The translations under genes and the position numbers were made by a program. From positions 61,256,001-61,320,000 of the forward strand of contig OZ024747.1 of the NCBI GenBank assembly GCA_964016885.1: a stretch of 64,000 nucleotides of DNA, read 5' to 3'. The DNA comes from Eledone cirrhosa (Eukaryota). Under the pieces are notes generated by a model. That model was not told the origin of the DNA and did not search any database. It saw only the letters and a list, made by a program, of their open reading frames with translations. This document shows, piece by piece, positions 1 through 11,997 of the stretch (the first letter of the stretch is position 1; every line of letters begins with the position of its first letter).

Positions 1-403
1 GTATGTATGTATATATATATATATATATGTATGTATATATATATGTATGTATATATATATGTATGTATATATATATGTATGTATATATATATGTATTTAT
101 GTATATATATATGTATGTATATATATATGTATGTATGTATATATATATATGTATGTATGTATATATATATATGTATGTATGTATATATATATGTATGTAT
201 GTATATATATAGGTATGTATGTATATATATATGTATGTATGTATATATATATGTATGTATATATATATATGTATGTATATATGTATGTGTATATATATAT
301 ATATATGTATGTATGTATATATATAGGTATGTATGTATATATATATGTATGTATGTATATATATATGTATGTATATATATATATGTATGTATATATGTAT
401 GTG

Positions 404-434
<31 letters not shown>

Positions 435-620
435 GTATATATATATGTATGTATGTATATATATATGTATGTATATATATATGTATGTATGTATATATAT
501 ATGTATGTATGTATATATATATGTATGTATGTATGTATATATATATGTATGTATGTATATATATAGGTATGTATGTATGTATGTATGTATATATATATAT
601 ATGTATGTATGTATATATGT
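1..620. repeat. Compound (TA)n/(TATG)n microsatellite
   Basis: Pure TATG/TA iterations; all overlapping Y/I/V/M/C-rich ORFs are translations of it. Confidence 0.98.
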
Positions 621-749
621 ACTTACAGTAAACATTGATGCAATTCACTTCAAGCTCTCTACGTACTTTTTCCACATGGGAATGACAGAGTATATTTAGA
701 ATAAGAAAATGTAAAGTAGTTGTAGATGTTAAAGTCTTTTATTGATAAG

Positions 750-824
750 GCTGTGATACATATTTCAATGACGACAGTGGCCACACGATTCCATGCAACC
801 AGTGCCATGATCTCATCAGACAGC
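750..824 (-). ncRNA. Type I hammerhead ribozyme, long stem II, minimal helix III
   Basis: Minus strand reads GCTGT-CTGATGA-[~21-bp G:U-rich stem II, GAAT loop]-GAAA-T-ATGT-A-TC|ACAGC; helix I GCTGT/ACAGC is perfect; cleavage triplet AUC. Confidence 0.82.
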
Positions 825-926
825 TTCATTACATAATAAGGTTACATTCTCAAGGCAATCCGAACTAAAACAAGAAGGGAACAGACAAAGATGATGTTCT
901 TGAAGCCTTCACCAATATATATCCTC

Positions 927-1422
927 ATCATCATCATCATCATTTTATGTCCGCTCTTCCCTGCTTGCAAAGGTGGGACGGGTCTTATTCAGCACAGCAT
1001 CTCTCCACTTGTCACGGTCCTTCATCATCTCCACCGTGAGCTTCAGTGATCTGAGGTCTGTTCTCACCACCTCTGCCCATATTTTTTGTGGTCTACCTCT
1101 ACCACGTCTTCCTTCAACTGGCATTTCCTGGCACTTCTTCACCCATCGGTCATCCTCCATGCGTATCACATGTCCATACCACCTCAGTCTCCTCTCTCGC
1201 ACACTACGTTCTATCCCTCTCAGACACATTCATGCTGGGTCGTTCATTGCACATCCAACGGAGCATGCTTGCCTCATTTCGCTCCAACCGTCGCATATCC
1301 TCTGCAGTTGCTGCCCATGTCTCACTACCATGCAACATCGCGCTCCTCACACAGGCATCATATAACCGGCCTTTCGTACACAGGGAGAAACCCTTCTTCA
1401 TCAGCAGAGGAAGCAGCTCCCT
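927..1422 (-). mobile_element. RTE-clade LINE, 5'-truncated 3' end
   Basis: ORF pieces KGRLYDACVRSAMLHGSETW...RRLRWYGHVIRM...RGRGRP..W...DRDKWR are typical of the RTE C-terminus; ends in an (ATG)n tail. Confidence 0.93.
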
Positions 1423-1430
1423 AATATATA

Positions 1431-1461
<31 letters not shown>

Positions 1462-1494
1462 ATCCATATACATACATATATATATGAAAGATCC

Positions 1495-1650
1495 AGCTGA
1501 ACTGTTGCCATTTCAACAGCTAGTTTCAAACTAGCTGTTGAAATGGCAATAGTTTAGTTATCATGGTCCTGACTCTTTCATATTACCACACTCTACTACC
1601 TCAAGTATCAAGTACTCTTGTGAGTAATGGTCTAACAGGTTTTTACTGCA
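1495..1650 (+). mobile_element. PLE-like pseudo-LTR fragment with terminal palindrome (1495-1559) holding the 3' half of an HHR
   Basis: Inverted repeat centred on C1527; GAAA-TGGC...GTTA-TC half core; related to 41020-41140 in the opposite orientation. Confidence 0.6.
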
Positions 1651-1934
1651 TCCATTTTAATTTATATATATGTGTGTGGCAGAAACTCAAGTTCGGGTAT
1701 AAATTGAAGGTACCCATTTACGTGTGTTGTGTTAAAACAAATAACTATGTGTATACTTTGGGAGTTTACTTATCATTACCTATGGTGTACACTGAGATAC
1801 AACCGGTACTAGTAGTGAAACCCATGCTAGTCCCATCAACTTATTCTTATATATATATGTATGTAATACAGACGACCCAACTTCCCACAGGTACAAGCCG
1901 AATCTGAAGCATATAGACAATATGCCCCCATCCC

Positions 1935-2188
1935 CTTCCACTGCAAAGTGGTCGTGGAGATGCCACACTGTAAAGTGGTCGTGGAGACTCTACAGAAAAA
2001 AATCACCCAGCATTCACTGTAAAGGAGGTTGGTGTTAGGAAGGGCATCCAGCTGTAGAAATCAAGTCAAAATCAGTTCCCGTATGAGCAAGACATAGTCA
2101 GCCGACCTGGCACTGTTCACAACAGAACAACCCGTCTAACTCATGCTGGTGTGGAAGATTGGACAGAAAATGGTAATGATGATGATGA

Positions 2189-2190
<2 letters not shown>
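1935..2190 (+). mobile_element. Non-autonomous RTE-tailed element (GGTGTTAGGAAGGGCATCCAGC module)
   Basis: Module recurs at ~13100, 18070, 20500, 25520, 26020, 32090, 41400, 60400; RTE-like 3' end with (GAT)n tail. Confidence 0.75.
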
Positions 2191-2236
<46 letters not shown>

Positions 2237-2241
<5 letters not shown>

Positions 2242-2720
2242 CAAAACATAAGTCAATTGCATGAACTCATAATCCTTTATTTACTGCTATATATATTTCG
2301 ATGATAGCCATTGAATGGCTATGACCTCATCAGGCAGTTAGTCAGTTCTTAGATATGCCAGCTCTGTGTTTATAGTGTTGATGGTATCAGAGCCTTGGGA
2401 CATACGAGCTTGTTAGGAATAATTTAATGTTGTCAGCAGGAATAGTCTTAATTCTCATTGGTCAGTTTGTAGAAGCTAGTAGGGTTGGTATTTGACCTCA
2501 AAGAGGCAGGTGGTGTTGTAAAGTTCAAACCATCAGACAAGATGACAATAGTTCCATATGACTGATTTTCACAAAAAGCATTCCTGGTCAGATATATATT
2601 CAATTGAGGTTTATAGTATGAAATTCAATACTACAGGGTATACTTAAATTGAGGAATTTCGTTTGTCCGTTGGTAATTTTGCCCGTTTTCTTGGACATTA
2701 TTTCAATGTTTGCTGCTGGC
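2237..2720 (-). mobile_element. Penelope-like element 3' remnant
   Basis: Broken frames give NIEIMSK...ISYYKPQLN, resembling a PLE GIY-YIG C-terminus, ~260 nt upstream of the HHR on the same strand; (TA)n on both sides. Confidence 0.55.
2283..2338 (-). ncRNA. Type I hammerhead ribozyme
   Basis: Minus strand: ACTGC-CTGATGA-GGTCATAGCCATTCAATGGCTATCATC-GAAA-T-ATAT-A-TA|GCAGT; helix I ACTGC/GCAGT; palindromic ATAT loop in helix III; AUA site. Confidence 0.85.
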
Positions 2721-2734
2721 ATATATATATATGT

Positions 2735-2982
2735 GAAGGCGCATGGCTTAGTGGTTAAAGCATTGGGCTTGCAATCGAAAGGTTGTGAGTTCAATTCTCA
2801 GACCGGGTGATGTGTTGTTTCCTTGAGCAAGACACTTTATTTCACATTGCTCCAGTTTACTCAGCTGTAGAAATGAGTACCGGCCAGCCCGCCCAGCCAG
2901 TGGGATGGCGTTACCTTATGGCTAAAACAGCACGATGTGACCAGCGGCGCCGATTAGCGCTCGACAGACTGGCCGGTCAAGG
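2735..2982 (+). mobile_element. tRNA-headed SINE, family 2 (TCCTTGAGCAAGACACTT core)
   Basis: A box TGGCTTAGTGG, B box GAGTTCAATTC; central motif of CORE/Meta-type SINEs; other copies at ~9393, 12525, 17095(-), 20298, 22378, 41168, 58645. Confidence 0.85.
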
Positions 2983-3009
2983 TGATATATATATATATAT
3001 ATATATATT

Positions 3010-3090
3010 TATTTATTAAAATAACAGATTAAAGTTTAAGCAAAGAATAGGATTCTTTGCTTAAACTTTAATCTGTTATTTTAATAAATA
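3010..3090. repeat. Perfect inverted repeat, 39-bp arms, 3-nt loop
   Basis: TATTTATTAAAATAACAGATTAAAGTTTAAGCAAAGAAT-AGG-reverse complement. Confidence 0.95.
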
Positions 3091-3174
3091 TTTGCTCTAA
3101 GGTTCCTATATATCTGATATATATTTATCCTTATCGAGCCCTCTTTGGATTTTAGTCTTCAAATTTATTATTAT

Positions 3175-3209
<35 letters not shown>

Positions 3210-3719
3210 GTTTTATTCCATTTTTCCACCTAAAACTTCAATAGGAAATTTGAAGTAAATGTTTTATTTCCTCTCACTTATGATGTGTCACATTTATCTA
3301 GAGGGGCTTCCATTCAACCCTAAAATTCTATTCAGTCCTGGTTGATAGATTTAATCCATCATGTGTATCAAATCTCTCTCTATCTCTCATGAACTCTGCT
3401 TCCTTCTTCTGTCAACCTTTGATAAATTTCAAAATTATGATGTGAATTTAATGGACCTTAATTTATTACTACTAATGAAACACAATGAAGCACAAACAAC
3501 AAATCATATTTGAATCATTATCATCTTCTTCCCCGTCTAATGTCTATATTTTATGTTTGGGTTAGATGAGTTGTAATGTTATGAGGCGAGACAGGTCAGT
3601 TGACCACATCTTGTTCAGACAGACAGGACCAGATTTAGACCTTAGAGGGTTCCGGGGATAGGTAGTTCATGTTTATGGGGCCCTCGTATAACAACACATA
3701 CATACACACACACATATAC

Positions 3720-3797
3720 ATATATTGGGTCGTCAAGTATGAAATTTGTAGAAATGTGTAGAAATAAAAGAAGTTTCTACAAATGTCATACTTGACG

Positions 3798-3808
<11 letters not shown>
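3720..3808. repeat. Inverted repeat, ~35-bp arms, ~19-nt spacer, between TA/CA tracts
   Basis: ATTGGGTCGTCAAGTATGAAATTTGTAGAAA versus TTTCTACAAATGTCATACTTGACGATCCAAT. Confidence 0.9.
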
Positions 3809-3837
<29 letters not shown>

Positions 3838-3964
3838 AAAGTTTTATTTAAAATTGTTGGGTTACAACGAGTAAATATTTTATAACTGATATAAAGCACT
3901 CAACAAGTTTTAGAGTAGATATACGATATTAAACAAATGGAAACTATATTTATAAAACCATATT

Positions 3965-4030
3965 TATTTCATTATACATATTTCAGGGATACCATATTAA
4001 AAATATGGCATGCCTTCCTCAGATAAAATA
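3965..4030 (-). ncRNA. Type I hammerhead ribozyme (left arm of palindrome)
   Basis: Exact reverse complement of 4156-4221. Confidence 0.83.
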
Positions 4031-4155
4031 CAATATATAAGCAGTTTTATAAATAAATTTGACGTACCATAAATATTGATCAACTTCCATTTCAAATGGA
4101 AGTTGATCAATATTTATGGTACGTCAAGTTTATTTATAAAACTGCTTATATATTG

Positions 4156-4221
4156 TATTTTATCTGAGGAAGGCATGCCATATTTTTAATATGGTATCCC
4201 TGAAATATGTATAATGAAATA
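4156..4221 (+). ncRNA. Type I hammerhead ribozyme (right arm of palindrome)
   Basis: TATTTTAT-CTGAGGA-AGGCATGCCATATT(TTT)AATATGGTATCCCT-GAAA-T-ATGT-A-TA|ATGAAATA; 8-bp helix I with one G:U. Confidence 0.83.
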
Positions 4222-4262
4222 AATATGGTTTTATAAATATAGTTTCCATTTGTTTAATATTG

Positions 4263-4294
<32 letters not shown>

Positions 4295-4402
4295 GCATGC
4301 CTGGTTTTTCTATCCATGCATGGACAGGAAAGGAATAACTATTACAGCTGAAATGTAACAAAATTTGAATAAACATCAAGTGAAAAATTAATATAATAAT
4401 AA

Positions 4403-5078
4403 TAATTGTTTCTACTTTTGGCACAAGGCCAGCAATTATTCAGTGCATTACTGGTACTTTATTTTATCTACCCCGTAAGGATGAAAGGCAAAGTTAACCT
4501 CGGCGGGATTTGAACTCAGACTGTAAAGGGAGGTAACTATGCTGGAAAGCATGGCGTCCGACCTTCTACTGATACTGCCAATCCAATAATAATGATTTCT
4601 AGTATAGGCACAAGGCCAGTAATTCTGGGGAGGGGGTCGATTAAATCGACCCCAGTACGTTACTGGTGCTTTATTTTATCAACTTCGTAAGGATAAAAGG
4701 CAAAGTTAACCTAGGTGGGATTTGAACTCAGACTGTAAAGGGCCGTAACTCTATGCTGCAAAGCATGGTGTTCGACGTTCTACCTATACTGCCAATCCAC
4801 TGCCCTTAATATAATAATAATTATGATTGTGTACAGTGCTCAGGTGCACTACAACTCATCAAAGGTGCATGTATAGTACATAGAATAATTGTTTCTACTT
4901 TTAGGCACAAGGCTAGCAATTACCCAGTGCATTACTGATACTTTATTTTATCGACCCCGTAAGGATGAAAGGCAAAGTTAACCTCGGCGGGATTTGAACT
5001 CAGAATGGCAAGGGCCGTAACTCTATGCGTCAAAGCATGGCGTCCGAACCTCTACCGATACTGCCAATCCACTGCCCT
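4403..5078 (-). mobile_element. Three tandem copies of tRNA-headed SINE family 1 (Nin/Deu-like core)
   Basis: Minus strand: A box TGGCAGTATCGG, B box GAGTTCAAATCC, core GCCTTTCATCCTTACGGGGTCGATAAAATAAAGTACCA, (TTA)n tail; copies at ~4403-4585, 4592-4808, 4887-5078. Confidence 0.9.
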
Positions 5079-5079
5079 T

Positions 5080-5442
5080 TTGTTTCATAATGGCAATGAA
5101 ACTAGGATGAACTCCAGATTGAAATGCCTCTGGATAGGATTGGATTTAGACCTGGGAGAGGGCATTTCAGGTTAGCCCACCCCCTCCCCCATTCCATACA
5201 CAACAAATTAGAATACACAGCAAAGCCCCCAATTTTACATATCAAAGTTAGCTTGGTGCAAGTAATTGGAACTGAAAAGTTATACATACAGGTATTAAAT
5301 TCAAAAAATTCTAACCATCCTAAAACTAAAAAGCCCAGCTGAGGGCACAAATAGATTACTACGGCTGACACTGGTGGTGCCCTCAACTGCAAGGAGGCCT
5401 GCGGCAATTGACCCCTCCCTCCCCCCTTAAAATCCGGCCCTG
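5080..5442. mobile_element. Interspersed repeat, probable hAT-type MITE
   Basis: Shared with 47660-47905 and, reversed, with 22910-23035; ends in CCGGCCCTG (CAGGGCCGG-type terminus). Confidence 0.55.
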
Positions 5443-5924
5443 CCTCTGGGTTTAAGATAGACTTAAAAATCTTCGGTCATCATCATCATCATCATTTAAC
5501 ATCCATCTTCCCTGCTAGCAAGGGTTAGCTAGGTCTGTACAGACCAAGTCAGTATTATTTAAGCAGAACTTCTGACTTCTCAGATGGGCCAGGGGCCTAC
5601 ATCTCACTTATATATACATTCCAGCAAGTTCTCTCCCTTGAAATTGAAACTAAACCAACCAATAAGGATGAAGCTTTTAAATCTATAAAGTTGTACCTTG
5701 AAAACTAAGTAACAAGTGTGTGAGTGGTGTCACTAGTGTTGAGTCAGTTGTATTAAAGTGAATATATTGAAGTGTGTGAAATGGTTAAAGAGGAATTAAG
5801 TGTTTGTATCTCTTGTACAGGAGAGATGAAAGAGATTATCTGACTAATCATAGCAAAGATAAAATACACACACTCACACACATATCATATGTATCATGTA
5901 TAAATTATATATGATTATATGTGT

Positions 5925-5925
5925 G

Positions 5926-5991
<66 letters not shown>

Positions 5992-6125
5992 CTATCTCTC
6001 TCTCTCTCTCTGTATATATATATACATTTATACAGATATATACATATATACAGATATATATATATATATACAAATATACAGATATATATATATATATATA
6101 TACAGATATATATATATATATATAC

Positions 6126-6205
<80 letters not shown>
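5925..6205. repeat. (TA)n / TACAGA(TA)n compound microsatellite
   Basis: Read directly. Confidence 0.95.
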
Positions 6206-6206
<1 letters not shown>

Positions 6207-6704
6207 TCTCAAGCGTGAAACTAATACTAATATCATTTGTACTGCCTCTTTTTTTTTTGTTCTCTGTTTATTTATTAAACTATATACAGTATATATATAA
6301 TATGAGAGAAAGCTAGATCAATTGATTGATGCATAGATATATTTCTAATGATTGATAGGTTTACCCCCCCCCCCCCCGCCACACACACACCCGCGCACAC
6401 CCACCCGCACACACCCACCCGCACCCACCCACCCACCCGCACCCACCCACCCGCACCCACCCACCCGCACACACCCACACACACCCACCCACACTCACCT
6501 ATGAATGACATATAGGGATACCTTATAATGAAAATGTTTGATGTTGCAGAGAAGAGTATATGTGTGTATATCTAATGTGTATGTATGTATAAATCTATAT
6601 AACTATATGTATAACTATATATATAACATAACATATATATAACTATATGTATATATGTATAAATCTATATATCTAATGTTTATACATATTTTGCAGGGGA
6701 CACA

Positions 6705-6763
<59 letters not shown>

Positions 6764-6786
6764 CATATATATATACATATATATAT

Positions 6787-6980
6787 AACGAAGGAAGTGT
6801 GGTAAGGAACCAGGTAGACCATAATGCACCAGAGTACTCAATACTTTGGGTAGTAGAGTGGGTAATAGGAAAAGAGTCAGAACGCCAACTGCAGAGCTCA
6901 AGCTGTTTTGACAGCTATTTCTAGAAATGGCTGTCGAAATAGCTTGAGCTCTACTGTCAAGATTCTGACTCTTTTCCTAT
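6787..6980 (-). mobile_element. PLE-like short repeat (family A) with 116-bp terminal palindrome (6865-6980)
   Basis: Homologous to 19062-19275 and 20632-20826; (TA)n on both sides; degenerate HHR 3' half. Confidence 0.75.
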
Positions 6981-7201
6981 ATATATATATATATGTAAAA
7001 GGTAAACAGAAATAACAACACAATCGGTACACTATATGGAAGAGATATATATATATATATATATATATCCCTTCCATATAGTGTACCTTTTACATACATA
7101 TATATATATGTCTGTGTGTCTGTATACCTATATATATATATATGTATGTATATATATATATATATAATATAAGATCAAAAGATGGTTAAAAGAGTTCCAT
7201 G

Positions 7202-7272
7202 TATTTTATTATGCGCATTTCAAAAACAAATATCATCATGGGATGATATTTGCGTTCTCATCAGATAAAATA
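7202..7272 (-). ncRNA. Type I hammerhead ribozyme
   Basis: Minus strand: TATTTTAT-CTGATGA-GAACGCAAATATCATC(CCAT)GATGATATTTGTTTTT-GAAA-T-GCGC-A-TA|ATAAAATA; perfect 8-bp helix I; palindromic GCGC loop. Confidence 0.88.
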
Positions 7273-7577
7273 GGGACATGATATGAAGCTTAAAAAACAC
7301 TTGCGAGCAGTGAAGTGTTAAATCAACATATTTCAAATGATTTGAAATGCACATAATTTCCAGCATAGTTACGTCCCTTTACGATCTGAGTTCAAATCCC
7401 GCCTCTGCCTTTCATCCTTACGGAGTCGATAAAATAAAGTACCAGTAATGCACTGGGTAATTGCTGGCCTTGTGCCTAAAGTAGGAACAATTATTTATAC
7501 TCCAGTCCTATAAACTGTTGAGTGCTACTTATCCAATATTTGCATTGCTTTATTGTGCTACAATACAACTCACCTCC

Positions 7578-7639
<62 letters not shown>

Positions 7640-7654
7640 TGTGTGTCTGTATAC

Positions 7655-7689
<35 letters not shown>

Positions 7690-7788
7690 CGTGTGTGCGT
7701 GTATAATATGTATATGTGTATATGTCTATATGCATATATGTCTGTATATATAAATGTCTGTATGTATATATATGTATATATGTAAATA

Positions 7789-7839
<51 letters not shown>

Positions 7840-8639
7840 GTCTGTGTGGTTAATGTGTATGATATGAATCTCTGTGTATATGTATCTAGTCTCTATGTCT
7901 ATATATGTATATGTGTATATATGTCTAGTCTTTATATCAATATATTTATATGCCTTCTGTGCTCAGCTTTCTGTATTAAGTCTTACAACACTTTGCTTTA
8001 AATCTTCATAATCAGGGTCGAAACCTTTAGCTGGACCCTAGTCTGTATGTGTGTGTGTATTTATGTGTGTTTGTGTATGTGTATGTATGTGTGTGAGTAT
8101 GTGTTTGTGTGAGGAAATTAATCTCATTTGTCTTCCATAATCAATGTTTTCATAGTAATGGCAATTGAAAGACAAAAAGAAACATTGAGAGACATTCTAT
8201 TCCGACCCCTCTTCCGCTACCCCAGAGTCCATCCCCACCTTTGCCACCACCAACCTGCTACTGTTGCTTCTCTTACAATAAAACCAATTAGGAAATAGAC
8301 AAATCTGATTAACTGCTTTTAGTTTTAGCTTATATTGTCTTCCATAACTTTCACAACATTGACAATTTCGACAGATGACTCCAAAACTTACTTTATATTG
8401 TTGGAACCAGGCCAAAACAGTGGATAGAACTGTCCTGAGAAAGCAAATGGACCAGTTACCATGGTTCAACAATTCTGAGAGACTCTATTGCCCTCAAGTT
8501 CTAATTCCTTTATTCTGTTCTGTTACCTATATGTACATCATGTACACTATATATATACCATGCACACTGTATATATATATGTGTGTGTAAGTCAATCACA
8601 CATCATGTATTTTACACTAAAATATTTAATGTGCAGTTG

Positions 8640-9035
8640 GATACATTTCACATATCACCAGCCTATATTTTACATCTGATTTGGAGGCCTTCATTTCACA
8701 GCTGGCTTGGGCTCATTATTAGCTTCAGGGTCCTTCATTTCACATCTGGCCTGGCCCCATTACTAGCTTTGAGGGCCTACATATCACAACTGGCTTGGGC
8801 CCATTACCAGATTTTGGGTCCTACATTTCATGCCTGGCCTGGGCCCATTACTAGCTCTAAGGGCCTACATTTCATGTCTGGTCTGAGCCTATTACTAACT
8901 TTAAAAGTCTACATTTCACATCTGGCCTGGGCTTGTTACTAGCTTTGGGAGGCTTATATTTTACATCAGGCCTTAGCTTGTTACTAGTTTGAGGGCATAC
9001 ATTTAATTTCTGGCTTGGATCTATTATCAGCTTTG
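8640..9035. repeat. Diverged ~44-bp minisatellite (~8-9 units)
   Basis: Consensus approx. GGGCCTACATTTCACATCTGGCCTGGGCCCATTACTAGCTTTGA. Confidence 0.85.
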
Positions 9036-10905
9036 CATTAGTCAGCATAGCATCAGACATATTTCTTTAGTTAGGTTAAGTTGTGGGTTCTCCCAGGGAA
9101 AGGCATGATTGTCACAACAACCCATCCATATTACCAATAAATACTATATTTTGTGGCTTGTGTAAAAAACATGATTATGTAAATAAATGTTTCGACACAA
9201 GGCCAGCAATTACCCCAGTGCATTATCGACCCCGTAAGGATGAAATGCAACGTTAACCTCAGCAGGATTTGAACTCAGACAGTAAAGGACCGTAACTCTG
9301 TGCTGCAAAGCATGGCATCTGACTCTTTACCGATACTGCCAGACCATCGCCCTGATTATGTAAATAATGTTACTATATTACATAATATCAGGAAGGTACA
9401 TGTCTTAGTGGTTAGAGGATTGGGCTCGCAATCGTGATGTGAGTTTGATTCTTGGGCCAGGTGATGCATTGTGTCCTTGAGCAAGACACTTTATTTCACA
9501 TTGCTCCAGTTTACTCAGCTGCAAAAATGAGTTGCAAAATCACTGGTGCCAAGCTGTATCAGTCATTGTCTTTCCCTTGGACAACATTGGTGGTGTGGAG
9601 AGTGGTAGACTGGTATGCATGGGCAACCGTTCGTCTTCCACAAACAACCTTGCCTGGACTTGTACCTTGGAGTGGCACTTTAGATGTAAATCCCATAGTC
9701 ATTCACGACCGAAGGGGGGGGGGTCTTTATCCTTTATTATATAATATTACATTGACTTCAGCTGAATGAGAAATTAAACTTCTCTTCTACCTGGTTTGAG
9801 TTTATGATGTAGAGAGATGAAGTTAATTTCTTTCACATACATTACCATTTCTGTCACTCCATTGCTTTTATATCACTAATACTGCTGGGAAAGGCATGAA
9901 TGTTACACATTCTCATTTACCTCCCTTCTATAAATCTGAGGTTTTAATATTGTATATACAAAATGTCCTGATGGGTGAGAAATAAATGATCGTTGCTTGA
10001 GCTGAAGTGGAAATGTGCATTGGGTAGAGGATTATGTGGTCTGGGGAGAGAGATAATTGTTTCTACTTTTGGCACAAGGCCAGCAATTACCCAGTGCATT
10101 ACTGGTACTTTATTTTATCGACCCCGTAAGGATGAAAGGCAAAGTTAAACTCAGAATAGCAAGGGCCGTAACTCTATGCGTCAAAGCATGGGGTCCAACC
10201 CTCTACCGATACTGCCAATTCAAGAGAGATAATGTGGGTTAGAGAAAGGTGATTATGTGAACTGGGTAGTCCCTTTACGGACTGGATTTGAACTCAGTCC
10301 GTAAAGGGACGTAACTAATAATAACTACTACTAATAATAATACTGTTGCCACCACTACCACTGTTACTGCTACTAGTACTACTTCCATTACCACCACCAC
10401 CACCACCACCACCACCACTACTACTACTACCAGTAGAGAATGACAAATGTAAATGTGTCCAACTTCACCCCACCTCACCCCACTTTTCCTTTTAAAAGCT
10501 CATCATTGAAGTGTTACTTCTGTCCAAATTGATAAAATATTAGCCAGTGAAATACCAAGTAAACCTACTAAATTGTACATTTTGTTAGCAAGAGACTATG
10601 AGAAATGGTGACAAATAAACATTTTTATGGGATACCAACTGCATCATAATTCAACAAGTCCAATTTAAATCATTAAATATGCTTTCACTTATATAATGTA
10701 ATTATCATGTCAATGATGGCTTTCCATTCAATTATCCTGTAATTTTGTGTAGTGGACTAACAAGTTGAGACACTAATTAAATATATGGTTAAATTTCCTA
10801 CTTCTCTGCCATATTTCAAGTTAAGTTGATTGTGTTAACTCAATGACAAACAATACATTAACCCTATGATGGATACAGTGAGTGGAAACACTTGTACGGC
10901 CAGTT

Positions 10906-11582
10906 GTAAGGTCAACAGTTGCTGCATGTTCTTATAAGGTCAGCAGTTGCTACATGTATTCATGAGGTCAACAGTTGCTACATGTACTCACAAGGCCAGC
11001 AGTTGCTACATGTCCTTATAAGGTCAACAGTTACTACATGTACTTCTTAGGTCAACAGTTGCTACATCTCCTTATAAGGTCAAAATTGCTACATGTTCTT
11101 ATAAGGTCAAAAGTTGTTACATGTTCTTATAAGGTTAACAGTTGCTACATGTTCTTACAAGGTCGACGGTTGCTACATGTCATTGTAAGGTCAACAGTTG
11201 TTACATGTTCTTATAAAGTCAACAGTTGCTACATGTTTTTACAAGGTCGACGGTTGCTACATGTCATTGTAAGGTCAACAGTTGCTACATGTTCTTATAA
11301 GGTCAAAAGTTGCTACATGTTCTTATAAGGTCAAAAGTTGCTACATGTTCTTATAAGGTCAACAGTTGTTACATGTTCTTATAAGGTCAACAGTTGCTAC
11401 ATCTCCTTATAAGGTCAAAAGTTGCTACATGTTCTTATAAGGTCAAACGTTGCTACATGTTCTTATAAGGTCAACAGTTGCTACATGTTCTTATAAGGTC
11501 AACAGTTGCTACATGTACTTCTAAAGTCAACAGTTGCTACATCTCCTTATAAGGTCAACAGTTTCAACATGTACTTATAAAG
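10906..11582. repeat. 28-bp minisatellite (~24 units)
   Basis: Unit TAAGGTCAACAGTTGCTACATGTTCTTA. Confidence 0.95.
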
Positions 11583-11627
11583 CTACATGTTAATGGTTCA
11601 CATTAATGGAGAGCACACCCACATTAA

Positions 11628-11997
11628 CCCTTTAGTTACCAACCCAGCCAAAACCACCCATTTGAAAAGTTTCCAATTTAAATTAAAATCTTCCAACAAA
11701 ATTTTATATAAGAACCTTACATTAAGTTACTATCTTAGTAATTGTTACTACTTTTGGCACAAGGCCAGCAATTATCCCAGTACATTACTGGTACTTTATT
11801 TTATCGACCCCCGTAAGGATGAAAGGCAAAGTTAACCTCGACAGGATTTGAACCCCGACCGTAAAGGGACATAACTATGCTGGAAAGAATGGCGTCCGAC
11901 CCAATGAAATGATTGATAATTTTAGTAAATCCCTCAAAATTTTTCATCAATTATATAAACTAGAACATATTCCAATAGAAATGTGGCCATGAAAGGG
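11628..11997. mobile_element. piggyBac-type MITE with nested family 1 SINE (~11738-11902)
   Basis: TTAA|CCCTTT ... AAAGGG|TTAA termini; internal sequence shared with ~27590-27920 and ~38220-38530. Confidence 0.7.

Larger units (their letters stand above)
3919..4267. repeat. 349-bp near-perfect palindrome (174-bp arms, 1-nt loop)
   Basis: Centre C4093 (CCATTT-C-AAATGG); only 2 mismatches seen between the arms. Confidence 0.97.

Noticed and set aside
3-699. Long Y/I/C/V/M-rich ORFs here and at ~5900, 7500, 15500, 31200, 36000, 39100, 48300 and 60800
   Set aside because: Translations of (TA)n/(TG)n microsatellites, which lack stop codons
627-870. Possible exons (minus-strand GTAAGT donor at 621-626; plus-strand CDTYFNDDSGHTIPCNQCH frame)
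   Set aside because: No good matching splice sites; the region is better explained by the hammerhead-bearing repeat
8375-8590. ORF MTPKLTLYCWNQ... after a CAG
   Set aside because: Weak acceptor, no clear donor, no recognisable homology
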